From Felis catus (lineage: Eukaryota): a stretch of DNA of 64,000 nt. The translations under genes were made by a program, and so were the position numbers. The stretch covers positions 5,024,001 to 5,088,000 of the forward strand of contig NC_058383.1 of assembly GCF_018350175.1 (NCBI RefSeq), in the 5' to 3' direction. The notes beneath the pieces are model-generated. The model was not told the origin of the DNA. It saw nothing but the letters and a program-made list of their open reading frames with translations, and did no database searches. How positions within the stretch are numbered: the stretch's first letter is position 1; each line of letters opens with the position of its first letter. Below, piece after piece: positions 12,324 to 25,355 of this stretch.

Positions 12324-13235
12324 GGTGCGAGCACAACAATAAAAGTAGTGAGATTAATTTTAAAAGCTTAGGATGATTTCTTCGACACTGGTCTGGCTGC
12401 CTGTTACGGGCCAGTGAGGTTCCTGCCTCAGTTGGTGTGAGCAAAGGAAGTGGAATTGAAAGTCCTGGGAAGTTGTTGATGCGGGAGGAGATTTTTGAGC
12501 CTGCTTTAAATTGTGCTCAAAACACATTGAGTATTGGGCTGCCACTTCAAGGAGAACATTAATACATCCCGTATCAATATCAGGTTAGAACGTGAAGACT
12601 TAACAGAATTCTTTATGGATCTTCAGCACTCATTGCCAAGGGCTAATGCCCCAGGTACTGTGTCCCCAGGCCGTCTGCTCGGCTGCTGTTTGTACGAGCC
12701 AGCCCCTCCGTAGTTGACAGCCGTCCCCGTTTCCACATTCTGTAGAATAATTTTGGGCTGCGGCACAATTTGACTTCTATCCTCACGTCTCCTCTCCTTC
12801 CACTGGAAACGCCATTTAAATGGAGGCCCTACAGTGAACGTTGCAATATTAAATGTACTTTTAGTATAGTCCTTTCTCAAACTGGGAGCCCTACCAGTGT
12901 CGCCTAAAATAAAAGCAAGCTTGGGACTTGTCTGCTGCAGCTCAGCTGGGGAGAGACGGACCTAGTGTTTCCCTTACAAGAAGGTTCCAGTTCCTAGGAG
13001 TGGAGGTATCTCTTATACTAACATTTTTTCTGAGGTAACGCCTCTGGTGGTTGATAACTTCGATAAAGGTCACTTCAGAGCGTGGAGTTTTCAAGGAGTC
13101 CCAAAGTGAGACTTCACCGTTTTCGGGGCTATCAATTGCCTGTATCCGTTTGTGTGCTGTTTCAGTGTTTTGGGAAAGTGAAAAATGAAAACTTGTTACT
13201 TAGCATAATAAATGTCTTATTTTAAGTGTGTGTAG
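12324..13235 (+). other. FAM220A: Probable FAM220A 3' UTR
   Basis: Repeat-free stretch after the stop codon, ending at an AATAAA with a GT-rich downstream element. The end coordinate is approximate. Confidence 0.6.
13207..13212 (+). terminator. Polyadenylation signal (probable distal PAS); alternative AATAAA at 12338-12343 and 12908-12913
   Basis: AATAAA followed by tgtcttattttaagtgtgtgt (U/GU-rich). Confidence 0.6.
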
Positions 13236-16200
13236 CCTTGGCTCCCCTTGTCTTTTATCAACGCTGCCTTCCTCGCACTGAGAAGTCTCTCGGCGCCAGT
13301 CCAGGTATGCTGCTGGTTTAGAAGACCAGAAGCAAAGCCTGAAAAACCGAGAAGCCAGGTCGGAACTCAGCTCTCACTTTCCTCCCAGGATATAGCGAGA
13401 GGTGCCGTGATTCTCTGGGGCGGTGCTCACCACGATCACGGCCAGGGTGAAGGATGGTTGGGGCAGTGAAAACCCTGGTTAGAGGACCCCCTGTTTGGGG
13501 TCAGTGATGGGCGGTGAGGTGAGGACACAGGGAAAGCCCTCCCCTGCACCCTACCTTTGTTTTAAACTAAGTCTCCTCCTTTGGGACAGAACTTTCCATG
13601 ACCCATCGACTGTTTTATTTCCTTTGTTTTATAAGTTACAAGTGTATACATTTTCAACCAGTTGCAAAGAACAAATCTGGAATTCTCTATTTAGTACCAG
13701 ATGCTAAGGTTAATAAATTTGGAATATCTGGGGCAGCTGGGTGGTTCAGTCAGTTGAGCATCTGCCTGGCTCAGGTTATGATCTTGTGGTTTGTGAGTTC
13801 GAACCCTGCATCGGACTCCCTGCTAATCAGCGTGGAATCCGCTTCGGATCCTCTGGCCCACTTTTTCTTTGTTTGCCCCTCCTCCACTCTGTGCTCACTC
13901 AGTCGCTCGCTCTCAAAAATAAATGTAAAAAAAAAAAAAAAAAAAGGCCTCAAGATATTGAGGTTGGTTGTGAGATCGAGCCCCTGTGTTGGGGCTCTGT
14001 CAGTGCTGTCAGCGTTGAGCCTGCTTGGGATTCTCTTTCCCTCTCTGCCACTCCTCTGCTTGTGCCCTCTCTCAAATCAACTGGGGAAAAAAAAAAAAAA
14101 AAACTGGGATGTCTTCATGTGGTTATATACTAAGGTATGTGGTTTAAAAAAATTTTTTTTAATGTTTGTTTATTTTTGAGAGAGCCTGAGCGGGGCAGGG
14201 GCAGATCTAGGGAGACAGAAACTGAAGCAGGCTCCACGCTTTGAGCTGTCAACACAGAGCCTGATGTGGGACTCAAACCCACAAACTGTGAGGTCATGAC
14301 CTGAGCTGAAGTTGGATCCTTAACTGACTGAGCCATCCAGGTGCCCTAGGTATGTTTTTTTTCTGAATTCTGGTTTGAGGAAACTTCACAATAACTTTTT
14401 TTCTTAAAAAAAAAAAATTTTTTTTTTAAACGTTTTATTTATTTTTGAGACATGGAGAGACAGAGCATGAACAGGGGAGGGTCAGAGAGAGGGAGACACA
14501 GAATCTGAAGCAGGCTCCAGGCTCTGAGCTGTCAGCACAGAGCCCGACGTGGGCTCGAACTCACGGACCACGAGATCATGACCTGAGCCGAAGTCGGCCG
14601 CTTAACCAACTGAGCCACACAGACGCCCCCACAATAACTTTTTTCTTTAATATTTTTTAAATGTTTATTTTGAGAGACGAGAGAGTGAGTGGGGCTGGGG
14701 GGCAGAGAGAGAGAGAGAATGAATCCCAAGCGGGCTCCTCACTGACAGCATGGAGCCGGACCTGGGGCTCATTCTCACTAACTGTGAGATCATGACCTGA
14801 GCTGATATCAAGAATCAGACACTGAACGGACTGAGCTACCCAGTCACCCCAAACATTTTAAATTTAGAAACACTCTCCATGACAAAATCTTGGATTTGGT
14901 TATTCACTTTTGGAAATCATAATTTTTTTCTTTATATTTTATTTTTTTTATGTTTATTTTTGAGAGAGACAGCATTAGCAGGGGAGGGGCAGAGAGAGAG
15001 GGTGACACAGAATCCAAAGCAGGCTCCAGGCTCCCAAGCTGACAGCAGAGAGCCCGATGCCGGGCTTGAACCCACGAACTGTGAGATCATGACCTGAGCC
15101 GACGTTGGATGCTTAACTGACTGAGCCACTCAGGTGCCCCTGGAAATCATAATTTTTAACGTTGGAATGAAAGAACCAATTTAACATTGGTCTTGAGGTG
15201 ATTATGGAGTTAGTTGCAAGCCTATAAAGAATAGGAAATTAAACTTGCATTGAAATAGATCCTTGTATGATGACTGGTTTTGTAAATAACAAAGCATGTG
15301 TTATTTGGAGCTTGCTGTAAATCACTGTATTCAAAACTTCACACAGACCATTTACTGTACACAGTTTCACATAGAAAAGAAATGTACTGTAGAATTCTCC
15401 CTATATTCTCCCACAGATAATTAAAAAATTCGCCTTTTTAAACCTTTCAAATAACTTAAAATTCTCCTTTTTAAACCTTCCAAGGAGATAGAATTAAGGG
15501 TCTTCTAAACTAGAAGATCTCAGAGATAGAAACTGTGCTCTTCAGCACTGGCTAGTGGTGGAAGTTTTGAAACACACCCCGAGTGATACCATATTCAGTG
15601 TAGACATTTGAAGTTAGAGACCTAGGATTTTATTTATTTGTTTATTTATTTGAGAGAGCATGTGGCATGCACATGAGTGGGGAAGGAGCAGAGGGAGTGG
15701 GAGAGAGATATTTTTTAATGTTTATTTTTGAGAGAGAGAGAGCCTGAGTGGGAGAGGGGTGGAGAGAGAGGGAGACACAGAACCCCGAGCAGGCTCCAGG
15801 CCAGCTCAGACCCCGACGTCGAGCCCGAACTCACGAACCACAAGGTCGTGACCCAATCCGAAGTCAGATGCTTAGCCGACTGACCCACCCAGGCACCCCT
15901 AAGGGAGAGAGAGACTCTTAAGCAGGGTGCAGGGCTCGATCTCCCAACCATGAGATCATAAACTGAGCCAAAATCAAGAGTTGGATGCTTACCTGACTGA
16001 GCCACTCAGGCGCCCAGAGACCTTGAAATAAAAAAAAAAAAATTTAACATTTATTCATTTTTGAGAGTGAGAGAGCGTGAGTGGAGGAAGGGCAGAGAGA
16101 GAGAGGGAGACAGACTCCCAGGCAGGCTCCAGGCTCTGAGCTGTCAGCACAGAGCCCGACACAGGGCTCGAACCCATGAACCGCAAGATCATGACCTGAG

Positions 16201-17949
16201 CTGAAGTCGGTTGCTTCACTGACTGAACCACCCAGGTGCCCCCTGAGACCTTGGATTTAATAGGATGGTTTGCTTCTACTTGGCTCCCTCTCCTTCTAAA
16301 ATGTTAACCTCTTCTTTTCCAATTTTATTTTTACCAAAACGTGATCAATCAGATCAGTTTAAAAGGCATTTGTGTACTTCCATTTGTGCTTCAAGCCCTG
16401 CAGGCTTTGTTGAGCCGTATGTTGGCGTGACTGAAATTTGACTAGAAAAGACTGTGCAGAGGGGCTTGCTGCTTAGGATAGGCCATCTTCACAGGATACG
16501 TTTTTTTTTCCTGGGACAGGTGATCTTGCTTTGCGGTGGCATATGGTGGAACGGAAGTGTTTAGGGGGAATTGGGACGGCATGTGGCAGCCCCACTGGAT
16601 CTGACCTGCGCATTGTCATTTTTTCAAAAATATCTTTATTTATTTTTGAGACAGAGACAGAGCACGAGCCGGGGAGGGGCAGAGAGAGGGAGGGACACAG
16701 AATCCGAAGCAGGCTCCAGGCTCTGAGCTGTCAGCACAGAGCCTGACGCTGGGCTCGAACTCACAGACTGTGACATCATGACCTGACCTGAAGTCGGACG
16801 CTCAACCGACTGAGCCACCCAGGCGCCCCAGTCATCTTTGTGGGATGTCCCCATTGGGTCTGAGGAGTCCGTCAGTGCTGTTTCCTTCCGGTAAACAGAT
16901 GAGTTATTTCCTGGAGCAAGAGCAGGCTTTGCTGCGGTTTTACTCTGGTGGTATCTTGAGTAGCTCTTTACGGTTTTCAAATTGTTTAGGTACGTAACAG
17001 TAACAATGTAAGGAGTTGTTCTAGGGTGTCGCTGCCTCACCACAGTGTTGGCAGAGGGGAATTCTGCAGTTAACTGTTTAATGCTTTCAGTGTTTTATCC
17101 TGTTTGCTGGTCTCCTGCCTACTGAGGCTTCTGTTTCTGCTCTTGGAAAATGAGTAATTTGTTTGAGAATTTGGAAATAGGCTCCATGTTCTAACTCTGG
17201 AAACTTCTCTCCTATTACACGGAAGTCTGCCAGCACTCTGCACCGCTGCTTGTTTAGATGACATGGAAGGGGGGGGGGGGCGCCTGGGTGGCTCAGTTGG
17301 TTAAGCGTCCGACTTCGGCTCAGGTCGTGATCTCGCAGTTCGTGAGTTCGAGCCCTGCCTCGGGCTCTGTGCTGACTGCTGGGAGCCTGGAGCCTACTTC
17401 TGATTCTATGTGTCCCTCTCTCTGCCCCACCCCTGCTTGCACTCTGTCTGTCTTTCTCTCTCTCAAAAATAAATTAACATTAAAAGTTTTTTTTAATAAA
17501 AAAAACATTTCAACATTTTGGGGCGCCTGGGTGGCTCAGTTGGTTAAGCATCTGACTTCGGCTCAGGCCATGATCTCACGGTCCGTGAGTTCGAGCTCAC
17601 GGCTGTCAGCCTGTCGTCACAGAGCCTGCTTTGGATCCTCTGTCCTCCTCTCTCTCTCTGCCCCTTCCCTGCTTGTGCTCTCCCAAAAATAAATGAAAAC
17701 ACTGCAACATTTGGAATTTCTGTTGAAATCAGTCTCCTTTTTTCCCCTCTGTGTTAGGGATTCTCTAACAAGAATATCTTAATCAAACACCACACTTTGG
17801 TTGCATGTAAGTACTAAGTATTGGGTTGAACATAACATACAGTCTGGGATTCCTTATTCCCTGTATTTGTCACACGGTCTCTTAAAAAGGGCCCTGGAAG
17901 ATTGGAACCAGCCATTTTAACATTTACATCATTTAATATGGTGAATATT

Positions 17950-18163
17950 GGGGCGCCTGGGTGGCGCAGTCAGTTAAGCGTCCGACTTCAGCCAGGTCAC
18001 GATCTCGCGGTCCGTGAGTTCGAGCCCCGTGTCGGGCTCTGGGCTGATGGCTCGGAGCCTGGAGCCTGTTTCCGATTCTGTGTCTCCCTCTCTCTCTGCC
18101 CCTCCCCCGTTCATGCTCTGTCTCTCTCTGTCCCCAAAATAAATAAAAAACGTTGAAAAAAAT
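17950..18163 (+). mobile_element. Young feline CanSINE
   Basis: Full-length copy; TSD TTTAATATGGTGAATAT at 17932-17948 and 18164-18180. Confidence 0.9.
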
Positions 18164-21100
18164 TTTAATATGGTGAATATCACACCAAAAAGAAAAAAAA
18201 AAGACTTTGTTTCTCTTGTCAGCTTCCTGTAGGTTAGCCATAAGTTTGTCTTTTGCCCACAAAAGCAATAAAATGCCAGGACTTCACTCTCAGACTTGAC
18301 CTTGATTACTTCACTACTCAGATTCGTAACAGATGGTGCCTCGGGCTTTAGTGTGTTGGGAGGAGGCAGGGCGATCCAGAAAAAGGGACAAAAATGCCCA
18401 GTTCGTTCTAGATGAGAATCTTTCAGGCCGAGGGACCTGGCCCAGTCAGGAAGACACCGCAGGGCTTAAATCCTGTGGAGGGGGAGGCCTCTTTTCTCGG
18501 AAAAATGTGATAGCTTTTTCATAATTTAAGTATTTTGATATGGCTATTAGCATTAACGAAGAAACCTGTTTTTGTGTTTTTTTTTTAAACCTGCTTATTG
18601 ACTTCTACAGGGCTGTTTTTTTTTTGTTTTGTTTTTTTAATGTTTGTTTATTTTTGAGAGAGAGAAAGTAAGAGCGCGCACTAGCAGGGGAGGGGCAGAG
18701 AGAGAGGGAGACACAGAATCTGAAGCAGGCTCCAGGCTCTGAGCTGTCAGCACAGAGCCCGACGTGGGGCTCGAACTCACGGACCGTGAGATCATGACCT
18801 GAGCTCAAGTCAGACACTTAGCCGACCGAGCCACCCAGGCCCCCTAGTATAGGGCTTTTTTGAAGGTAGTTCTTATTTTTGTAGCTATGGGGGGGGGCAT
18901 TGCCCATTGCACATCAGATTGCGGATGAGGTCAAATATAGTGTGAAGAGGTCATCCATTACAAAATGGTCTTCATTAATCTGGACACATTCAATTGTTTT
19001 ATTTAAAAAAATTTTAAATATTTATTATTGAGAGTACAAGGGGTAGGGGAGGCAGAGAGAGAGGGAGACACAGAATCGGAAGCAGGCTCCAGGCTCCGAG
19101 CTGTCAGCACAGAGCCCGACGTGGGGCTTGAACCCACAAACCGTGAGATCATGACCTGAGCCGAAGTTGGACGCTCAACTGACTGATCCACCCAGGTGCC
19201 CCATGTTCCTGATGTTTTAAATTATGGGGTACTATATACATAATAGCTTCACTATTTTCTCCATTTTCCTATGCATTTGTAACTGACAGAAGCTTTTTAA
19301 ATTTTTTTTAATGTTTTTTAACGTTTATTCAATTTTGAGAGACAGAACGTGAGTGGGGGAGGGGCAGAAAGGAGAGAGACACAGTCAGAAGTAGGCTCTG
19401 GGCTCCGAGCTGTCAGCACAGAGCTCAATGCGGGCTTCAAACCCACAAACCATGAGGTCATGACCTGACCTGGAGTCGGCCGCTTAACCGACTGAGCCAC
19501 CCAGGCGCCCCTGGGCACATTTTAAATGAATGGGTGCACATTTCAGTGGAACATTCTCCCCTCCCTCTGAAGGTGAGCGAGTGAAGCAGCCCCAGGGGAT
19601 GGGGTGCTTCTGCCCTGACGGTGTGTATTCATTGGACCCCAGGAGTGTTTTCAGTAGCTGCCTAACTGGGGGCAAATGACTGGTGTGAATCAAGCCCCCC
19701 GCCTGTCGGTCATGTGAGGCTCACTTTTGCCACAAGGGGGAGCCACATGTTCACTTAGTGTCGCCTCAGGGCAGGCCTTGGTTATTTTCTGTTTATTTTG
19801 TTTATCCAAAGTTGAACTCTAAAAATGCTGGGCTTAATTCAGCTCGGTATGGTTTGTGAAGCTCAGTGAGTGTGACTTATCAAACCTTACAACAAGATTT
19901 AACTCTTTAACCCAGTAGCCACAGATGGTGCTTCAAAACTAAGATCGATGTGTTGGAAAAATTGATTTAGTGAGTTTATTTTTTTATTATTTTTTAAAAT
20001 TTATTTTGAGAGAGAGAGAGAGAATGAATGCAAGCGGGGGAGGGGCAAAGAGAGAAGGAGAGAGAATCCCAAGCAGGCTCTGTGCTGTCAGCTCAGAGCG
20101 TGACGTGGGGCTCGAACTCATGAACCATGAGATCATGAGCTGAGCTGAAGCCAAGAGTTGGACTTTTAATCGACTGAGCCACCCAAGTGACACTTGGTGG
20201 GTTTATTTTTTATTTCGGAGAGTGACTTTCAGTATGAAACCACATTTTTGTACCACAGCAACAAAAACAGTGGTTTTGTTGTGAGTGGGCTTGTCACCTG
20301 TCCCACGCGATGCATACAGCCCCCCAGAGCAGCCGAGCCCCAGCGGGTCCCTTCACAGTGGTCGTGGGTCGGTCCTGACTCAACTTGGGCCACGGTGGAC
20401 TCGTCCTGAGCCCAACCCATGCGTGAGAGCCTCTTGGAATCCCTGACGGGGAAATGTTGCCACATGAACGCGTCGGTTTTCTGCTACAGAAATCACGACT
20501 CTAGATTTCTTTTGTGGTTCATAGTGAAATGGCTTTTAAAACGTTGGAATCTGTTAAAATATCGGGAAGTGCTATTGTTCTGTAACATCAGTGAATTATT
20601 GCTACTGCCTTTTTGAAAAAGATCTGTCAGGGAATTTTCTTAAATCATAAATTGTGATAATAGAGTACATATAAATAGCTTATAAGCTATTTAATTTCTT
20701 GGAAATGTTCTGAGTACCACTTAGGACTTATTAAAATAAAGCAGTTTGTTTGAATAAACTCTAGGCTTCCTCTTTGTTAGCTGTTTCCGTTTTATTCTCT
20801 GGGGGCAAAATTGCTAGGATGTCGCTCCCTCTCTCCTGCTTGATTCAGATATGTGGTTATTCAAAGCTACTCTCATGGATTTTGCAAGGTCACAAGACCT
20901 GGCATGAGTTTCTTATAAAACTTCTCTTCATGTTACAAAGCTTCACGTCTTTATGCACATGGTTCTCGCCCATATTTACTGTTCTTTGTCTCCCATATTT
21001 ACTTTCTTTTACGATGCTTTAGAATGAGAGATTTTTAATAGAAGAATTTTAATTTTTTTTAATGTTTATTTATTTAGAGAGAAAGAGAGCACGAACAGGG

Positions 21101-23254
21101 GAGGGATAGAGAGAGAGAGGGAGGGAAAGAACCCCAAGCAGGCTCCATGCTGTCAGCACAGAGCCCAACACGGGGCTTAATCTCACAAACCAAGAGATCA
21201 TGACCTGAGCCGAAATCAAGAGTTGGGACGCTTAACCGACTAAGCCACCCAGGCGCCCCTGAGGATGTTTTGTTAAAAGAGAAATTAATAGGGGCACCTG
21301 GCTGGCTCAGTCGGTTAAGCGTCCCGACGTTGGCTCAGGTCATGATTTCATGGTTCGTGGGTTTGAGCCTCACACTGGGCTATTTGCTGTCAGCACAGAG
21401 TCTGCTTCAGATCCTCTGTCCCCCTCTGTCTCTGCCTCTCCCCTTCTCGTTCTCTCTCTGTTTTTCAAAGTAAATAAACTTAAAAAAAAAAAAAAAAGAA
21501 ATTAATAGTAATACCTTATTCCAAAGAACTTTTCAAAATTGCCATCAGGGAGTCGGCCATGGAGCCCCCTACCCCTGCCCAGTGAAAAGGCAGTGACTGC
21601 CTGCAGAACTCTCTTAATCTTCAGAATGATTCTGCAACACATTAGTTCTCACTGCAGTGCTAAGGCCGTGGAGGAGAGATAGCATAGCTAGTAACTGACA
21701 GAATTATGATTTTTTTACATTTATTTATTTATTTTGAGAGACAAAGAGAGACAGAGCACAAGTGGGGGAGGGGCAGAGAGAGAAGGAGATACAGAATCCA
21801 AAGCAGGCCAGGCTCTGAGCAGTCAGTACAGAGCCCGACGTGGGGCTTGAACTCACGAACCGTGAGATCATGACCTGAGCCAAAGTCGGATGCTCAACCG
21901 ACTGTCAGGCGCCCCTGACAGAATTATGATTTAAACAATTTGTTGGACATAGTTTGTTTTTCATGGTTTTTTCTTGTTCACTTCCTTTCAAGATAGTTGT
22001 TCAACATCTAGGAAGCATTCACTGGGCACCTCCTGTGTACCAGGCATCCTCATAGGTGCTGGAGACAGAGCAGTAAATAAAACCAAGCCTGGGGGTGCCT
22101 GGCCAGCTCAGTCAGTAGAGTGTATGACTCTTTTTTCTTTTCTTTAATGTTTATTTATTTTTGAGAGCGAGAAAGAGCGTGAGTGGGGGAGAGGCAGAGA
22201 GAGAGAGGTCAACAGAATCCGAAGCAGGCTCCAGGCTCTGAGCAAGCTGTCAGCACAGAGCCTGACATGAGGCTTGAACTCACAGACTGCAAGATCATGA
22301 CCTGAGCCAAAGTCGGACGCTCAACCGACTGAGCCACCTGGGCACCCCCATGTGACTCTTGATCTCAGAGCTGTGAGTTTGAGGCCCACGTTGGGCATAG
22401 AGATTACTCAAAAATAAAATAAAATGGAACTCCCTGCCCTCTCAAAGCCCAGCAGTGCAGATCGGTTCCTCATTAAGTGATGAGTGAAAGAAGCAAGTTA
22501 TGAACATGTGTGAGTTGGGAATTTGAAAGGTCCTTACTGTTATAAAAGTGCTGGTATTTGCTCTTTGACTTTCTGATTGTGGAAGTGAGAAAGTTCTGTC
22601 TAGAGAGGGTAACATTGAATTGTTTGGTATTGATAAGGTCTCCAGGGATGAAAGCTGTATTTCCCCCACTGCTTTATATTGAATCTTCCGTAACCTCAGG
22701 CTGTATTGGCCGTCAGCCTCAGGCTTTTCTACGGATTGTCCAAGATTAAAAAAAAAACCAGGGGCACCTGGGTGGCTCAGTCGGTTAAGCGTCTGACTTC
22801 AACTCAGGTCACGATCTCTCAGTCCGTGAGTTCGAGCCCCGCGTCGGGCTCTGGGCTGATGGCTCAGAGCCGGGGGCCTGCTTCCGATTCTGTGTCTCCC
22901 TCTCTCTCTGCCCCTCCCCTGTTCATGCTCTGTCTCCCTCTGTCTCAAAAATAAATAAACGTTAAAAAAAAAATTAAAAAAAAAAAAACAAAACCAAAAA
23001 ACCAGGGTGCCTGGGTGGCTCAGTCAGTTAAGCGTCCAACTCTTGACTTCGGCTCAGGTCATGATCTCAAAGTTCATGAGATTGAGCCCCGTGTTGGGCT
23101 CTGTACCGACAGTGCGGAGCCTGCTTGGGATTCTCTCTCCCTCTCTCTCTGCTCTTCCTCTGTTTGCACCCTCTCTCTCTCTCTCTCTCTCTCTCAAAAT
23201 AAATAAATAACAACGATGACAACAACTTGAATGAATCTAAAGTTAGGAGAGGTA

Positions 23255-23690
23255 TACCTGTACTACCCAATACAGTAGCTACTACCACATGGGACTATTT
23301 TATTTTATTTTATTTTTATTTTTTAAAATTTTTAATATTTTATTTATTTTTGAGACAGAGAGAGACAGAGCATGAGCAGGGGAGGGGCAGAGAGAGAGGG
23401 AGACACAGAATCCGAAGCAGGCTCCCAGCTCCGAGCTGTCAGCACAGAACCCGACGCGGGGCTCAAGCCCACAAACCATGAGATCATGACCTGAGCCAAA
23501 GTCGGATGCTCAACTGACTGAGCCACCCAGGCACCCCCACGTGTGACCATTTTAATTAAATGACACGAAAAATCCTGTTCCTCACAGTAGTCACTTTTCT
23601 CTCGAAAGCATCTACGTGCAGTTAGTAGCTATGACACTGGCAGTGCAGACAAAGAACATTTCTATCATGGAAAGTTCTACCGGACAGAAG
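23255..23690. mobile_element. MER3/MER33-like hAT-Charlie DNA transposon split by a SINE
   Basis: ctgtactacccaatacagtagctactaccacatgggactattt ... gaacatttctatcatggaaagttctaccggacag. Confidence 0.55.
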
Positions 23691-23914
23691 ATACGTCACA
23701 GACGTACTTGTGATGAATTTGCCTTTTCAGGATGTGAAGATCTTTAATATATATTAGAGTGTGTGATTTCACTTTTAACCCCCCACCTAAACAAGACAAA
23801 AACACCATTCTCTTGAAGTGGGGGGGAAAAGGGATCATAAGTTTGCACATGATTTTCCAGAGGCTTTTGCTCTACAAGAGGGGATTGTCTTAATCTCTCG
23901 CTTTTGATTGTATT

Positions 23915-24362
23915 CATGAGTGTCTTTGGGTTCTGTAGAGAAACAGAATCAACAGGATGGATATACATAGGCGTGAAAGAGACTAGGGATGGGAACTGGC
24001 CTATGCAATCATGGAGGCTGAGACATGCCAGGATATGCTCTCTGCCAGCTGGAGAACCCGGAGAGCCAGTGATAGAACACTCCGGGACCAGAAGCAGGAG
24101 CTCCAGGGTCTGAGGACAAGAGAAGATGCATGTCCCAGATCCAGAAGAGAGAGGATTTGCCCTTTCTCTCTGCCTTTTTGTTCCACTCAGGCCCACGAAG
24201 CCTGCCCACGTTGGTTTGGGCAGATCTTTATTACTCAGTCTACTGATTCAAACGCTAATCTCTTATGGAAACACCCGCACCAGACACACCAGAAATAACA
24301 CCTTACCAGCTCTCTGGGCATCCTTAGCCCAGTCAAGTTGACACGTAGAGTTAATCATCACA
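23915..24362 (-). mobile_element. MLT2 (ERVL) solo LTR
   Basis: gggttctgtagagaaacagaatcaacagga...cccagtcaagttgacacgtagagttaatcatcac, the reverse complement of the MLT2 5' end. Confidence 0.75.
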
Positions 24363-25320
24363 GTGAACCACTTCATGACCTTGAGATCGAGTTACGTGCT
24401 CCGGGCACCTGGGTGGCTCAGTCAGTTAAGCGTCCAACTCTTGGTTTCAGTCAGGTTATGATCTCACAGTTTGTGTGTTTGAGCCTCACACAGGGCTCTG
24501 TGCTGTCAGTGTGGAGCCTGCTTGGGATTCTCTCTCTCTCCCTTTGTCTCTGGCCCTCCCTCACTAACACACACTCTCTCTCAGAATATATAAATAAACT
24601 TAAAAAAATTTTTTTTAAGTAAAAATAAGAGTCACATGCTCTGCTGACTGAGCTGGCCAGGTGCCCCTCTCTTTGAAAGGAAGATGTGAAAATTTAGCAC
24701 AGTGCCAGGGTGGAAGGTCTATCAGAGAGAATGGCATCCTCTCTTTGTCTTTTTTTTTGTATGATTCTGTATATTTAAAAATGTATTTTAGGGGTGCCTG
24801 GGTGGCTCAGCCGGTTAAGCATCCGACTTTGGCTCAGGTCATGATCTTGCGGTTTGTGGGTTCCAGCCCCATGTCAGGCTATGTGCTGACAGCTCAGAGC
24901 CTGGAGCCAGCTTAGGATTCTGCGTCTCCCTCTCTCTCTGCCCCTCCCCTGCTCGTACTCTGTCTCTCTCCGTCTCTCAAAAATGAATAAACATTAAAAA
25001 AATTAAAGTCTCTTTCAACCTTACACCTTTTGAAAAATGTCACTTGCATGAGGCTATCACCCCGGGTGGTGATTTTAAGAGAGGGGGGGTGCACCGTGGT
25101 TTAGCAACTCCAGAGGAAATACAGGCACAGGTTGAAAGCATGACCTTGGCTCTGGTAATGGGACTGGAGATGATTCATGAGAACATCCTGTACGGCCCCC
25201 CTCTAGAGTCACTTGGGGACTCGGTCTGTGAGAGAGGATGGCCTGAGAAATCGAGGCAGGACTTAGAAGCTATTGTCCCCCTAGACCTGTGGGTTTTACC
25301 CAGGAATCCTTGAGCTGCTT

Positions 25321-25355
25321 CCCCCCCCCACCCCCCCCCCCCCCCCCCCCGCCCC
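25321..25355 (+). repeat. Poly(C) tract
   Basis: C9-A-C20-G-C4. Confidence 0.9.

Noticed and set aside
13598..14179. 193-aa + strand ORF
   Set aside because: Mostly two tandem SINEs with poly(A)-derived lysine runs.
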